Assembly: GCA_044892525.1 (NCBI GenBank)
Contig: CM097887.1
Coordinates: 80,578,397-80,642,396, forward strand
Direction: 5' to 3'
DNA length: 64,000 bases
Origin: Schmidtea polychroa
Taxonomy: Eukaryota
The notes below the pieces were generated by a model. That model was not told the DNA's origin. It did not search any database and saw nothing but the letters and a program-made list of their open reading frames with translations. Each line of letters starts with the position of its first letter. The first letter of the stretch is position 1. This document shows positions 41,969 through 54,539 of this stretch, one piece after another. The position numbers were made by a program, and so were the translations under genes.

Positions 41969-42344
41969 ATTGTATTAATTTAATTTATTCTTACATGGTT
42001 TCTCATAGGATTTCTGATATTTTTATCTCAAAAAATAGCTGAAAATTATATTAAATGGACTTAGTAAAAATATGGTATGACACCTTTGTTGGGTGATAAG
42101 GCTCGACCCATCAGAAACGTCGAATTGATTATATACTATTAAACCGGCCCGAACAAGTACCTAATGAACATCCATGCAGAATCCTCAAGTCCCAATGTAT
42201 ATTTAAGAATTCGTGAAGATATACTTAACAATTTAAATATTGATCATTTTATTTTTATAAGTGTATATAATATTGAATATTTTGCTTTCTATTAGTGTAT
42301 AACATTCTATTAATGTATACAGTATTTGCTGACCATTTTATTAT

Positions 42345-43920
42345 TGTTGGGCTGAAACCGAGAACTGAGAGTTTGTTTTAATCGATCGAAAACACCTAAC
42401 ACAAAAACCGCAAAGTTGAAAAAATTTATGATCAAGGTTTAATGTAAAATAAATAGAATAAATTACATAACACATTAGGAATCAATAAACCCCGTATAAT
42501 AGAAAAGAGATAAATAGATTTAACAAAAAAATTGAACACTTAAAAATTTCGATAGAAAAATAATAAAATGTAAAATATAATTATTTGAAAATTATTTAAA
42601 CGATATAAAAATTAAATCGTCAAAATAATAAAATTAGTTAACATTATGTAAATTGTAAAGTTTATAGAATTAAATGGTTAGAATTATGTAACTTATTAAA
42701 TTTAAAGAATAAAAGTGTTTAAATTAATAAAAATTAAAATAACTCAAATTATTTAAATTATAAAATTTATAAAATTAAATTATTAAAATTAATAAAAAAT
42801 TAAATAATTAATTAAATTAATGAAATTAAAAATAAATAAATAATTGCACACATTCATGCATGTATGCAAAATTAATTCAAAATTTCTCGCACTCTAATTG
42901 GATAGAGTGGCAGAGAATGCATGAATGCGCATTCAAAATCAGTATAAATACTGATTACAAATTCATTTGAAAAAACTTTTTTTCAACACCACAACATAAT
43001 TTGCAGACAGTAAACATATGCTCTCAGTTTTCGATTTTATGCCATCGTGGATTTGGTAATTTATTTTTGTTGTAATTTTTATGAAATGATTTAATCTAAT
43101 AAATTTTACATTCAATCAATTTTTAGTTAAATTTTCTTTTGTTGTTCGTTTTGATTGTATAATTTTCATGCAGGTTTTAAGTTTTAGATAATAATTTTAT
43201 TAGGTTCAGTTTTTACATTCATTAATTTTGATTAGTAGTTACGGTGGGACTGAGATCCAGTAGGCCACAGCTTAAGGGACACTAGTTGTTCCTATTGCGA
43301 GTAGGTCCACTGGCTTTTCAGATTCACATGGATTGATCGGGCCATAACGAGGAGGCTTCTCCCCTGGTCCGTCTCCGTAAGTATTTTCTAGTCGGAGATA
43401 GGTTTGACTTAGAAATACAGGCAGATCCCTGCGCAAAATTTTTTGAAGAATAATTTAAATATTATGGGAAGTGTGGATTAACTTGGAAATAAGGGCCAAT
43501 CCCTGCTCAAATTTTTTGAAGAATAATTTGGATATTATAGGAAGTATAGAACAATAATTATTAGATGGAAAATAAGGGCGGATCCCTGCGCAAAATTTAT
43601 AAGAGAACAATTGGAAATACCCGTAATTGAGGACCACAAATGATCTAAAAACAGCATACATAGTGAATAATGACGTAAGACCTTCTATCGGCAGTCTTGA
43701 ACTCGAAAACAAAATAAAATGGGGAGTAGTTTTAGTAATAGAGCTCACCTGCTCATTGTTTTTTCACCTTTGTGTACAGTACCAACCTGGTCGTCGCCAT
43801 GGGTACACAAATGGTTTAAATTGCAATAGTCATGGAGGTGCTTAGGAAAGAGTCGAACGATTATGATTACCCCTAACGTATTTTAAAATGTAAAAATGAC
43901 ACACCCCTAAGTAACCAACA
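42345..43920 (+). mobile_element. Solo LTR (1576 bp), related family
   Basis: TGTTGGG...ACCAACA with 4-bp TSD TTAT on both sides. TATA-like CAGTATAAAT at ~42941. Shares the 3' motif blocks with the other LTRs. Confidence 0.8.
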
Positions 43921-44323
43921 TTATTACTTTTTTCCTTTGTGATTAACTCTTATCTTATTTAGTGGTAAATAACTTAGTTTTATGTACAATGTCATTTTAA
44001 CAATAATAGTTTTTTTACTGTGTGATATAAACAATTATATCCGAAGCCTGGAACCATTTTTCGAACCCGCCTTTGCACATCTCCAACATGAAAGGAACCC
44101 ATTGGTGCATAGAACAAAAGTTCCAAAATTATTGGCGAGCGTGGAGAGTGCTTAACTAGACCTCCTAGTGACCACTCCTAACACATTTTGAACTTTTCTT
44201 CTGTTATTCTCCTTCAAACCAATAATAATATTTTTTATGATAAGGGTAAGTAGCTTCGGTTGTATACAGCGATTTCTTTTGTGTTTTTAAGCGTATAAAA
44301 TATGTTACGTGTGTAAATGCTTG

Positions 44324-47300
44324 TGTTGGGCTGAGTCGAAGGGTATCCAAGAAATTAGGTTAAACATAATTAAATTAAAATAAAAAGAAAACAAACAAAT
44401 TTAAGAATAAAATAGAATAGGATATAAGAAAAATAAAAAATTAGAAAATAGGAATTAAAACAAAAAAATATAAAAATAAGGAAAATTAAAATAGGACAAT
44501 AGAATGACAAAAAATAACGTAAAATGTAGTAAATAATAAAGAAATTAAAGAAAATAAATAAAAACACAATAAAAATAAAGAAAATAGGAAAAAATAACTC
44601 AAAAACAAGAAAAATAAATTAAAGCAATAAAATTAAGCGGCACTCAATTCTGATTGGTCCGCACACATCAAAAATTAATATATAAGGAAACACAAAAATT
44701 ACAAACTTACAGTTAAACAACCAACTTTACAGGTAAGACAAATTTTAACAGTGACAGTTAAACAACCAACTTTACAGGTAAACAGCAGCAACGTACGAGA
44801 ATCAATCTAGAAACCAGGAGATATTATCAAACAGTTAACAATCGACGTAAATTTCGAGTAACCATTTATTCAATTCGATACCTTCCGACTCAGCCTAAAA
44901 ATCTATACAAATTACTTGGTAAGGAATTTTTCGATTTATACTTTATCTAAGTAATAGTAGTCATGTAATTTTATGAAATAATTATAAATTTAAACTGAAA
45001 ACAGTTGTCCTTTCGTTTGATTCCTAATGATAAATTTGCTAATTAGAGGATTCAGTTATTTAATAAATGAATTATTATGAACTTTTTATGATTGATTTTT
45101 ATGCATTATTATTTAATTCCGAGAAACGTGGCGTTGAGAAACTCCATGTCATGGTGTGAGGTGCCTTCGGGAGCTCAGCCGGTGGACATGGCGTTTTTCA
45201 ATCACGCAGCTGATTCGGGCCGTAATGTGGGGGCTTCCTCACGGGTCCGTCGCTGAAGATGTGACTAAAATACGTGGACGATACTGTAGAGAGATGGTAA
45301 CTATCAAGCAATGAGGAGTGTAGTCATGTGAGGAAAATCTTGTTCGAGAGTTCGCATAGTGACTGAGGGCGTCATACTATCGTCTTTAGCAAATTGAAAT
45401 TGTTACTATCATCTAAAGATCTATATAGGACTCTCCTTTAAATCAGTCTGGGCACCATTTGTCGCATATTCTCTACGTTCGTGATTCCTCTCGAAATTAT
45501 TCCTGAAACCGTCAACCTACCAACTTTCATAACTGCTATTTTTATCACGTGCAATCAATTTTGATACGTTCCTCTAAAACCTACTTGTGGTGGATTGTGG
45601 AAAACAAATAGTTCTCAAAAATAATAAACCATGAAATAATAACGAATCTGATCAGGAAAATATATTTAAAAAAAAAACACTTAAATAAGTCATTTCTTTA
45701 TATATCGAATGCCAAACGTCTGTGTCAACTGATGCAAAGGTATGGGGGAGATAACTGATCCGACAGACCCTCCATGGGAGTAAAATCCGAGTCTTAGAGG
45801 TGTCACAGAGGATGATAGAATACCCGCATTTCGTCGAATTGTATTTCCAGCGATAGCTAATAAATTTCCAACCCGATATAGATAGTGGGCATGTTGATAA
45901 TGATAAAATCCATGAGGGGAGTAGAAATTATAGCTTGGATAGTTGACCAATTTGTCTACGAAATGAATGCCATCCAGGAACAACGATACGCAAAATCTTC
46001 CTATGCAAAATTTCCATGAGAGATAGAAATTCAACACAGCGTAATATAACATCTGATGATTCATGCAAGCTGCCGAATAGGATAAGAGTCTCACGAAGTG
46101 AGTACCCGCACACATGTGTAAATGCACACATTGCAAGTTCTAATAACCACAGACCACATGCTAGTGCTCACCAATAATAACACAGATATCCCTAGCCGTA
46201 ATTCTACGAGTCTATCTTCCAGGTGACCCATTTATTAAGATCGCATAGTCATCTAACCCGATAGTAGATAATTCACCACGAACGGCTAACGTGAGAAAAG
46301 TCCACCGGGTGTGTCAGATGAAAATTTCGGCTATTTACCGAAAGCACTAGACATGAGTGATGATAACATGAGTCACCAACAACTCAATAATTTATGTTAA
46401 AATAGTAAATAAATGTGAGATTTGAAAACAAAATTATAATAAAATATAGACAATATAATCGAAAGCCTAAATAAAATACAAATAAATTCAACTCAATTAA
46501 TTCAAGTCTATTAATGGAACTGCTAAAATTTAATATTTTCAATTAATAATAAATTACAACCAACTTATCTAATTATCTATAAAATCATTATAATGATTAG
46601 CTCAATTTTCACTTAGTGATTGTATAGTTCGGGTTAAATTTTCAATGCTATTTGTCTCTTCAAGGAAATTTCCGTCATCAATAATTCCTCTCAAACATGC
46701 AATTTTCATTTTCTTTAACAATGATATACAACCTTCGTTAAGTAAAGCCTTATGTTGCCAGTTGGTTTTCTAGTGAATAAACACCTAGAGCCCGCATAGG
46801 TCGATGGCATAGGAAATCCCTCTTGATAAATAATCCGTTTTTCTTTTCCGGTAAAAATGTCTAATACTGATTAACGAATAGTGGCGGAAGATGATGATTT
46901 TCTAAACTTGATTTATCCCATTTAGTGTTATTACTATTCTTAGCTAGCAGACATGTTACCCAATGCAAAAACCGTCCTCAGGCCCTGCTTTTCTTGTTCC
47001 GACAAGAACGCAATAATCAAGGACCTACAGACCCAGATCGGACGGTACAAAAAGAAAATAGACGAGTTAGAGGGGACATGGTTTAGTCCCGCCCAGATGA
47101 AAGAGACCCAAAAGAAATTACACCGAAGTGAACATTGCCGGGACGCTCTGATCTCCGAGAGTCGTGCCCAAAGAAGTTTGATCAAGGAGCAGTCCGAGGC
47201 GCTGCATAAAGTGTACATCCAGGCTACGGCAACTAGGAAGATAGTGAAAGTCCCCATCGGTGAAGCTGACAATCTCTTTCCGACCCACCATGATACTTCG

Positions 47301-48251
47301 GCCAAATCATCGCCCCCTTCGAAAAAACCTGCCGGCCGTGCGTAGAAACGCAACTCTGGCCAGAGCAACTATAGGTAGGTTTTGTGGGAAATAGTCGGGT
47401 ACTGCCTAACGTCGCCTCTACATCGGTGGTAGCCCCAAACAATTCATCGACCAACAAACCAAAGCGTCGGCAGCTATCGAGGGCCGAACGCAAAAGGAAA
47501 CAGCGTGAGCGAATAGCCGCAAAGCAGTCCAAGCAACTGCCGGACCTCGGGAGTAATGTAAATAACGTCCCTGCTGTAATTGACCTAACAACAGGAACAC
47601 CAGGGCGGATCATATCTGCCGCTGGGGTGACGTGGGAGGAAAACGCCTCCGAATTCTTCGATTTGGACGAGTTACTCGCCGACTCCGAGTGGGAAAATTG
47701 AGGATTTTCCCGTGAAGTGACCTCATCCTTCGGAGAGTCCTGAATCAACTAACATCATTTCCTGTCTTTATGTTCTCTTATTCTGATTCTGATGTATGAG
47801 TTACGACGCGCCTGTATTACAATGTTTGAAATAAACAATTTTTGTCTGTATACGGGTTTTGTTTTTCGTTCATAAGGAATTTACATTGAGTGGTAAATGG
47901 CATTGAGTGTTTTGAGATTCGAGGAGTATGGTCCAGTTGCAATCCAAATCAAGAGTATGGCGACAGGGTGACAGAATGAGTAGACGTAAGTCCTTCTATC
48001 GGCAGTCAGGGGTAGGAATTCGAGGCCTCAGTAAGGAGTAGTCCGAAGATGGTGGCTCACCTGCTTACTGGCGTCTCGCCGGCATAGCACAGTTCCAACG
48101 TGAAGTAATTCACGGGTGCTATGTTGGAGTATAAATTATGCACGGGCCCTGCTCGGGGTGACACAGTAATGACAGATATAATTGTAACGGGCATTCATCC
48201 CCTAGGCTAGAAAGTTGAACTAAGGGTGGTCAACCGAGTAGTGCCCCAACA
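44324..48251 (+). mobile_element. Solo LTR (3928 bp) of a second giant-LTR family
   Basis: TGTTGGG...CCCCAACA with 4-bp TSD CTTG on both sides. Same layout as the main LTR: A-rich start, CCAAT/TATA, donor, internal ORF, 3' motif. Confidence 0.9.
46953..47701 (+). pseudogene. Homologue of the LTR-encoded protein, split into two out-of-frame ORFs (46953-47345 and 47384-47701)
   Basis: LRPCFSCSDKNA...EGTWFSPAQMKE...EHCRDAL..ESR.QR..IK.QSEALHKVY matches the main LTR ORF. The second part carries the Arg-rich segment and an acidic end. Confidence 0.7.
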
Positions 48252-48428
48252 CTTGAGTTGATTATTTTATTAATTTTGTTTTATTTATTACTTATTCTTT
48301 GTTTTCCTTATTTTTGTTTTAATTGATGCTATTTATTTTAATTATCTTAATGCTTTTATTTGCTGTGGGGTTTCGTCTCCGCTGACCATTTAATTTTTCT
48401 TATTTTATTACTAATAATTTAACCAGGA

Positions 48429-49600
48429 AGTAGTAAGATGTGTCACCTCCAGGACATGTCACCTCCAGGACACATATATATAAGTAGGTCAAGTTAAAAT
48501 TAAGTAGATCAAGTTAAAATTATGTAGGTCACGACTATATAGGTATTAAAATATGTAGGTCAAGTTACTTTAAATATATGTTACCTCCAGGACACTATAT
48601 AAATAAATAAGTCAAATTAAGTAGGTCACGACTATATAGTTTATAAAAAATATGTAGGTCAAGTTATTTTTAACATGTATCCCTATAATATATACATCAT
48701 TCAAAAGATATTTGAGAGTAGAGTACAATGATCATACCTTCAAAGGTGTATGGTGAATCCCTAACCTTCAAAAGGTGCAAAACCCTCAAATTTTTTCAAA
48801 CTCTATAATACATGTCATTCAAAAGGTAATTGAGATGTGAGTATGATGGTCATACAATCAAAGGTGTATGGTGAGTCCTTCACCTTCAAAGGGTCAAAAA
48901 ATTTCGAATTTTTTCAAACTTTATAATATATATACATCATTCAAAAGGTATTTGAGAGTAGAGTGTGATGGTCAAACCTTCAAAGATGTATGGTGAGTCC
49001 TTACCCTCAAGTGTCAAAAACTTTGATTTTTATTCAAACTGTAAATTGATCATTTCAACAAATCTTTCAATCCCCAAAATAAATTTCCCAACTCAAAAAT
49101 TTCCCAAATTTTAAAAATTCCCAAAAACAATTTTCCCAACTCAAATTTTTTCAAAAATTAAAAAGTCCCAAAAATGAAATTCCCCAAATTTCCCAACTCA
49201 AAATTTTTCAAATTTTAAAAAGTTTTCAAAACTATTTTCCCAAATTTTCCAACTAAATAGTAAAAGAATGTTTTACAATTTTTTTTTTTTCCTCGAATAC
49301 ATCAAACCAAAAATTTAACAAGGTTCGTCACACAAATCTAATTTTGAAATCAAACAAATGCATTTAATAAAAATTAAAATCATCGACATACACAACCGCC
49401 GCCCGCCCGCCCGCCGCCGCCCGCCCCGAAGGGGCTGGCGCGGTAGATTGTAAATTTGGTTTAGTTTGAATATTATTATTTGATACATAGTTTTATTATT
49501 TACAATATTCAAAGTATTAATAACAAAGGTAAAGAAATAAATGTTTATAGTATGATACTCATTAATATACATTGAACATGCTTTACATTTGCGAACATTT
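48429..49600 (+). repeat. Left terminal inverted repeat (~1.17 kb) with internal sub-repeats (GTCACCTCCAGGACA units, three ~120 bp units, TTCCCAA-rich units, GC-rich island)
   Basis: ~49043-49600 is the reverse complement of 63475-64000, with small indels. Confidence 0.9.
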
Positions 49601-49945
49601 TAAATTTGAATTTTAAGGATTACTTTCGATAGATTATATTGAATAATGGTTCATTAAAAAGGTCTCATTTTTTTTTTTTTTTGGATTTTTGTGAAAAGTT
49701 GTAGGTTAGGCTGAAAATTAATTAGTAAAAAATTGACACTTTTTGTGTTGTTGAAATAATTGAAATAAATATTTTAAAAAATGTAAAAACTGAAACGTTA
49801 AATATCATTGCAAGTTTGCTTGTCTTTTTATTATATGTATCGTGTTGAAATATCTAATTTTCTTATAATCTATCTATCGATCATCTTGTTGCTTTTGAAT
49901 AATAGTATAAACATAATTATTTTTTCATTTTAATTATTTTCAACC

Positions 49946-50333
49946 ATGTCGGAAAAAGGTAAAATATGAATTTTATGTTTATTAATTCTTTTTTTTTTAT
50001 TTAGCATATATAATCAATTTTTTGATTGAAAAATTAGAGGAAATATCTAATGTAAAAATTAGAGAATTTATGAATGTTCCAGAGAAATTAAAATGGCCGT
50101 ATTCAGACGATGAAATTAATGAAGATGATATGTCATATGAATCTGAAAATATTTCCCAGCAAGAAGATGAATATACTGATTTGCCTAGTGAAGAACTTAA
50201 GTCATGTATTGAGAATTCTACAACAGATAAATTACCAAATGAATCTAAACAAGAAGATGAATCTATTGTTTTTACTAATTGTATTGATCATATTGTTGAA
50301 AATATAATGAAAAGAGATTGTATTGAAGATTAA
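49946..50333 (+). CDS. Small acidic Polinton protein, 2 exons
   Basis: Exon 49946-49958, 46-nt GT-AG intron (49959-50004), exon 50005-50333 give MSEKAYIINFLIEKLEE... in frame. Confidence 0.6.
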
Positions 50334-50405
50334 TAAATTTAAAACTTTAGTTATTTTCAATGATTTAAAAACACCAAAACACTAATAAAGATGTATTAAA
50401 TAAAT

Positions 50406-51000
50406 TTAACATGAACAATGTTCCTCTTCAAACTTATCTTCGGCTTTTATAATTTTCCAAATTGGTTTGATTCGGTCTCTGCTTACATTATACCCTTGAA
50501 TTAATATGGTAACCATGCAGGTTATTTTGCTCATCTTACCACCATTGGGAATCATATCCAAATCGTTTCTAATGAACATATCTTCATCATCAAATTCAAT
50601 ATTTTCATTGATCCTCTGAAATAATTGTCCCAATAGCATCTTGTCGTGAAACTTGATTTTGGAAAGTTTCACATTGTAGAAACATTTTTCCAGAGTTACT
50701 GGTTCCTAACAATAAATAATAATAATAATAAAATCCAAAATAATTTATAGAAACTTACCTTAAATGTATAGGAAATTGGACAATACAAATAATTTAGTTT
50801 GTATTGCATGAATTCGACTGGCTTTTTTGTATCCACTCGAACATTGACCAAGGTTTCCGTGGATAATGTCGCTTCTTTAAATTTCCTTTTTCCGAATTCC
50901 TGAGCGGCATCTGCATTTTTTCTCTTCAAAACTCCTAGATTAAAAAACTACTAAATGGAATATGTGTAAACGACAACAAACCTGTAATTTGATTATCCAT
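50406..51000 (-). CDS. Three-exon Polinton gene, possibly an ssDNA-binding (OB-fold) protein
   Basis: Exons 51000-50982, 50934-50759, 50705-50406 joined by GT-AG introns of 47 and 53 nt are in frame. The function guess rests only on the C-terminal beta-rich VTILIQGYNV...PIWKII. Confidence 0.55.
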
Positions 51001-51202
51001 TTGTAGTTATAATATTTAATAATTTGAACCAGATATTTTATACTAATTTCATTGTAAACAAGTTTCAAGTGACAGGCATGATCAAAACGTGATCAACTAG
51101 TTCATTTTATGCTAAATAACAAAGTCTGAAATGATTTATTGTACACAAAGAAATATTATAGGTTAATTAAGGTTATCACAAAACAAATATAATTATATTT
51201 TA

Positions 51203-51589
51203 TTACAACAATACATTTTTTCGCAATTCCACAAGTAATGCATGAATTATTTCTCGTTTCTGTAGATTTACAAAACATGTACAACTATCATCCCCACAAG
51301 TATTCTGCATATTATTTTTACAAAAATCACAATTTTCAACATCATCGGTATAACATGTAATCGTAGCATGATCCATATGAATTAAATCTATTACATTTAT
51401 TCCAGTTATTTCATAAATTTTGTAAAACACAACTTCTGGAGCACAATACATTAAGGAATTGTTCAAATTCGGATAAAAATCTTCAATTTTATCAATCAAA
51501 ATTTTTAGTATAGTTTCTAAACAAAAATCAGTAAATTTAAAATAAAAACAGTTACCTTCATGTTCAATCATTGTTGAATAAATATTCAA
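51203..51589 (-). CDS. Hypothetical Cys-rich Polinton protein
   Basis: 128-aa ORF overlapping the end of the TBP-like gene. Cys cluster CDFC...CGDDSCTC. Confidence 0.55.
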   Translation of the reverse strand: MNIYSTMIEHEGNCFYFKFTDFCLETILKILIDKIEDFYPNLNNSLMYCAPEVVFYKIYEITGINVIDLIHMDHATITCYTDDVENCDFCKNNMQNTCGDDSCTCFVNLQKREIIHALLVELRKNVLL

Positions 51590-52076
51590 GCAAATCCTCG
51601 TTACTTATATTTGAAGAAATTGTTAAAGATCCAATCAAATCCTTTACATCGTTTATAATTCCTTCAACAATAGTATGAAAATCTAAATTTTTAATACCTA
51701 GTACAACTATTTTACCACTCGAAAATATATTTACACATAGTGGATTATATTTTGTATAACGCAGAGCGGGAAATAATTCAGGCTCATATATACAATCTCC
51801 ATCTAATAACTTTGCTAAATTATTCAAATTAATAGATTGTTCAACCTTGGTAGCTATAGTAAGACTTTGAACTTGAATATCTTTGATATTATATTGCAAA
51901 TTCTCGAATTCGATAGGCTTCTTACAACCCATTATACGACATTTACCATTTTTGAAAAATATAATAGTATATTTTCCAGTTTTGTCAACATATTGTTGTG
52001 GTTTACACTTGGGGAAATTCATCATACCAACAGTTTCCAAAGACACACGACCTCTATAATTAATATTTGTCAACAT
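51564..52076 (-). CDS. TATA-box-binding protein (TBP)-like
   Basis: Two TBP repeats: IIFFKNGKCRIMGCK and INLNNLA...YEPELFPALRY...VNIFSSGKIVVLG. Confidence 0.88.
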   Translation of the reverse strand: MLTNINYRGRVSLETVGMMNFPKCKPQQYVDKTGKYTIIFFKNGKCRIMGCKKPIEFENLQYNIKDIQVQSLTIATKVEQSINLNNLAKLLDGDCIYEPELFPALRYTKYNPLCVNIFSSGKIVVLGIKNLDFHTIVEGIINDVKDLIGSLTISSNISNEDLLEYLFNND

Positions 52077-52192
52077 TTCTACTGAATATTTAAAAAATCA
52101 AGTATATATATATATATGTTATATTATAGAGTAATTAAATCAATTTATTCTTTACGATATAAACAAAATTAATTTTTAAATAAATATTAAAA

Positions 52193-52819
52193 ATGGAACT
52201 AAGAAATGATGCTGTATATCAAATAGTCGGACCAAGTGGTAGCGGCAAAACTTTGTTTGTTTGCAAATTACTAAAATCACATTTATTTGAATCAAAATTT
52301 AACAAAATGTATTGGCATCGAGGTGCTGATCAAGAACACGGATTGACTCAATCAAGTTTCTGTAAATTGAAAAATATGAAAATAGTAGAGGGATTTGATA
52401 AAAATTGGTCCAGTAGACTAAAGAAGGGGGATGTCATAATTATTGATGACTTGTATCAAGAAGCTAATAAAGAAAAGAATTTCAATAATTTATTTACCAA
52501 AATCAGTAGACACGTTGGTGTAACTGTTATTTTTATAACTCAAAATCTATTTCATCAAGGTGGGGCACATCGAACACGTAATTTAAATGTACAATATTTA
52601 GTTATTTTCAAGAATCCTAGAGATGCAACAGTGATTGATTTTCTTGCACGTCAAGCATACCCTAACAATCGTAATTTTCTTATCAGTGCATTTCAAGATG
52701 CTACAAAAATACCTCATGGATATATATTTCTTGATTTCACACAACAATGTCCCGATGATTTACGAGTAAAAACAGATATTTTCAACCCAAAAGGTGCCAT
52801 GGTTTATAAACAAAGTTGA
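52193..52819 (+). CDS. A32/FtsK-like genome-packaging ATPase
   Basis: Walker A GPSGSGKT, Walker B IIIDD, and ISRH...ITQN. Confidence 0.92.
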   Translation: MELRNDAVYQIVGPSGSGKTLFVCKLLKSHLFESKFNKMYWHRGADQEHGLTQSSFCKLKNMKIVEGFDKNWSSRLKKGDVIIIDDLYQEANKEKNFNNLFTKISRHVGVTVIFITQNLFHQGGAHRTRNLNVQYLVIFKNPRDATVIDFLARQAYPNNRNFLISAFQDATKIPHGYIFLDFTQQCPDDLRVKTDIFNPKGAMVYKQS

Positions 52820-52837
52820 AAACCTCTATGAATAATA

Positions 52838-53371
52838 ATGTTTCTAAAAGCAAGGGTGAAAAATATTAGGAAATTAAGAAAAAGTATTAAAAAGAGTATT
52901 AAAGTTCAAAAGGTTCCACCAACAACTAGTTATACACCATCTAAAAAACTTGTAACTGAAAATTTCTCTGCAATGAATCTTATTTCGAAAAATCCTAAAC
53001 CTAAACCTGAAACCCGTAAAACCCGTAAAGCCGGTAAAAAAGTAATTAAAAATCATCGCAGTTTTCCATTTTTTAATGCATTGTTAAAGGCCCCGAGTAT
53101 GAAAAGAATGAATATATTGCAATCATTCCCAAATTTTGTTGTCGATGATTTACTCAATATTATACTTAAAGTAGTCAAAGGCAAAATTAAAATCAGTAAA
53201 TCAAAAAAGCATTTATTGAGCAAACATAGGAAACCTTTGTTATCATTAGTAAATAATAAAAATCGTAAGCAAATGAGGAAAATTATAAATAAACAACAAG
53301 GTGGATTTATTGGTGCATTGATACCTCTGGCATTATCATTATTAGGTGGAGTTGTAGGAAATCAATCATAA
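52838..53371 (+). CDS. Basic virion core-type protein with C-terminal amphipathic peptide after a GG site
   Basis: Lys/Arg-rich. Ends QQGG|FIGALIPLALSLLGGVVG, an adenain-type cleavage context followed by a membrane-active-type peptide. Confidence 0.65.
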   Translation: MFLKARVKNIRKLRKSIKKSIKVQKVPPTTSYTPSKKLVTENFSAMNLISKNPKPKPETRKTRKAGKKVIKNHRSFPFFNALLKAPSMKRMNILQSFPNFVVDDLLNIILKVVKGKIKISKSKKHLLSKHRKPLLSLVNNKNRKQMRKIINKQQGGFIGALIPLALSLLGGVVGNQS

Positions 53372-53432
53372 ACAATGGGTGCTAATCCTTCATTACCTAA
53401 TTTAAATTTTAATTTTAAATCTTCTTGCTGTA

Positions 53433-54539
53433 ATGGAGAAGATTTGGACGAACCCAGAAGACGAAGCCGGTTTCGGTGGAGTGGCAAAATTAAAGAAAAG
53501 AGTTCCGAATTCGAAAAAAGAAACCCAGAAGTGGTTATCAGATCAGCTTGCGTACAGTTTGAACAAACCAATGCGGAAAAGATTTCCAACAAGAGCCTAT
53601 AAAACATTTGGTATTGACGATTTATGGCAAATGGATTTGATGGAGATGATACCGTATTCGAAAATTAACAATGGGAATAAATATATTTTAACATGTATTA
53701 ATGTATACAGCAGGTTTGCACGAGCAATACCAGTCAAGGCAAAATCTGCAGATGAAATGTCAAAGGCAATTAATATTTTATTTAAAGATGGACATCCTAN
53801 NNNNNNNNNNNNNNNNNNNNNNNNNNNNNNNNNNNNNNNNNNNNNNNNNNNNNNNNNNNNNNNNNNNNNNNNNNNNNNNNNNNNNNNNNNNNNNNNNNNN
53901 NNNNNNNNNNNNNNNNNNNNNNNNNNNAATAGCAAAGTTAAGCAAGTCCTCGATAAACTGAAAATAAATCACTACTCGGTACATTCTCAATACAAAGCTG
54001 CCCATGTTGAAAGATTTAATCGAACATTGAGAGATAGATTAAAGAAATTGTTCGTGCATCAAGGTAATAAAAAATGGGTAAATGCTTTACCGAAAATAAT
54101 AACAAGTTATAATCATTCATCACACCGAGGACTGAATGGATTAAGACCGGTTGATATTACATCAAAAACATTCTATTCTAAGAAATCTGTAAAAATTGCA
54201 AAACCTAAATATAAAGTCGGTGATCATGTTAGAATTAGTAAAATTAGTGCATCACCATTTATTAAAAATTTTGATACAAATTGGAGTGATGAAGTCTTTG
54301 TAATTTCAAAAATAAATACTAAACAGAATCCTGTAATGTATGTCATCAAAGACAGTGATAATAATATTGTACAAGGGAAATTTTATGGGCAGGAATTACA
54401 AGTCATTCCTCCTCCAAAGGTATTTAGAATTCAAAAAATATTGAAAACTAAAAAGGTCGGCAAGGATAAACAATACTATGTCAAATGGCATGGTTATCAA
54501 AACCCGTCATGGATATCAGCAAAGGACCTAGTAAAGTGA
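53433..54539 (+). CDS. Polinton retroviral-like (rve) integrase with C-terminal chromodomain; spans an N gap
   Basis: LWQMDLMEM, KAAHVERFNRTL, YKVGDHVRI, QYYVKWHGY..PSWI. Confidence 0.9.
   Translation: MEKIWTNPEDEAGFGGVAKLKKRVPNSKKETQKWLSDQLAYSLNKPMRKRFPTRAYKTFGIDDLWQMDLMEMIPYSKINNGNKYILTCINVYSRFARAIPVKAKSADEMSKAINILFKDGHPXXXXXXXXXXXXXXXXXXXXXXXXXXXXXXXXXXXXXXXXXXXNSKVKQVLDKLKINHYSVHSQYKAAHVERFNRTLRDRLKKLFVHQGNKKWVNALPKIITSYNHSSHRGLNGLRPVDITSKTFYSKKSVKIAKPKYKVGDHVRISKISASPFIKNFDTNWSDEVFVISKINTKQNPVMYVIKDSDNNIVQGKFYGQELQVIPPPKVFRIQKILKTKKVGKDKQYYVKWHGYQNPSWISAKDLVK

Noticed and set aside
42085-42125. Hammerhead-like string GTGATAAGGCTCGACCCATCAGAAACGTCG
   Set aside because: It lacks an intact CUGANGA core and proper stem II pairing. 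At most a decayed remnant.
49315-49572. Minus-strand ORF starting MYINEYHT
   Set aside because: It is the TIR mirror of the RING gene's 3' end, not an independent gene.
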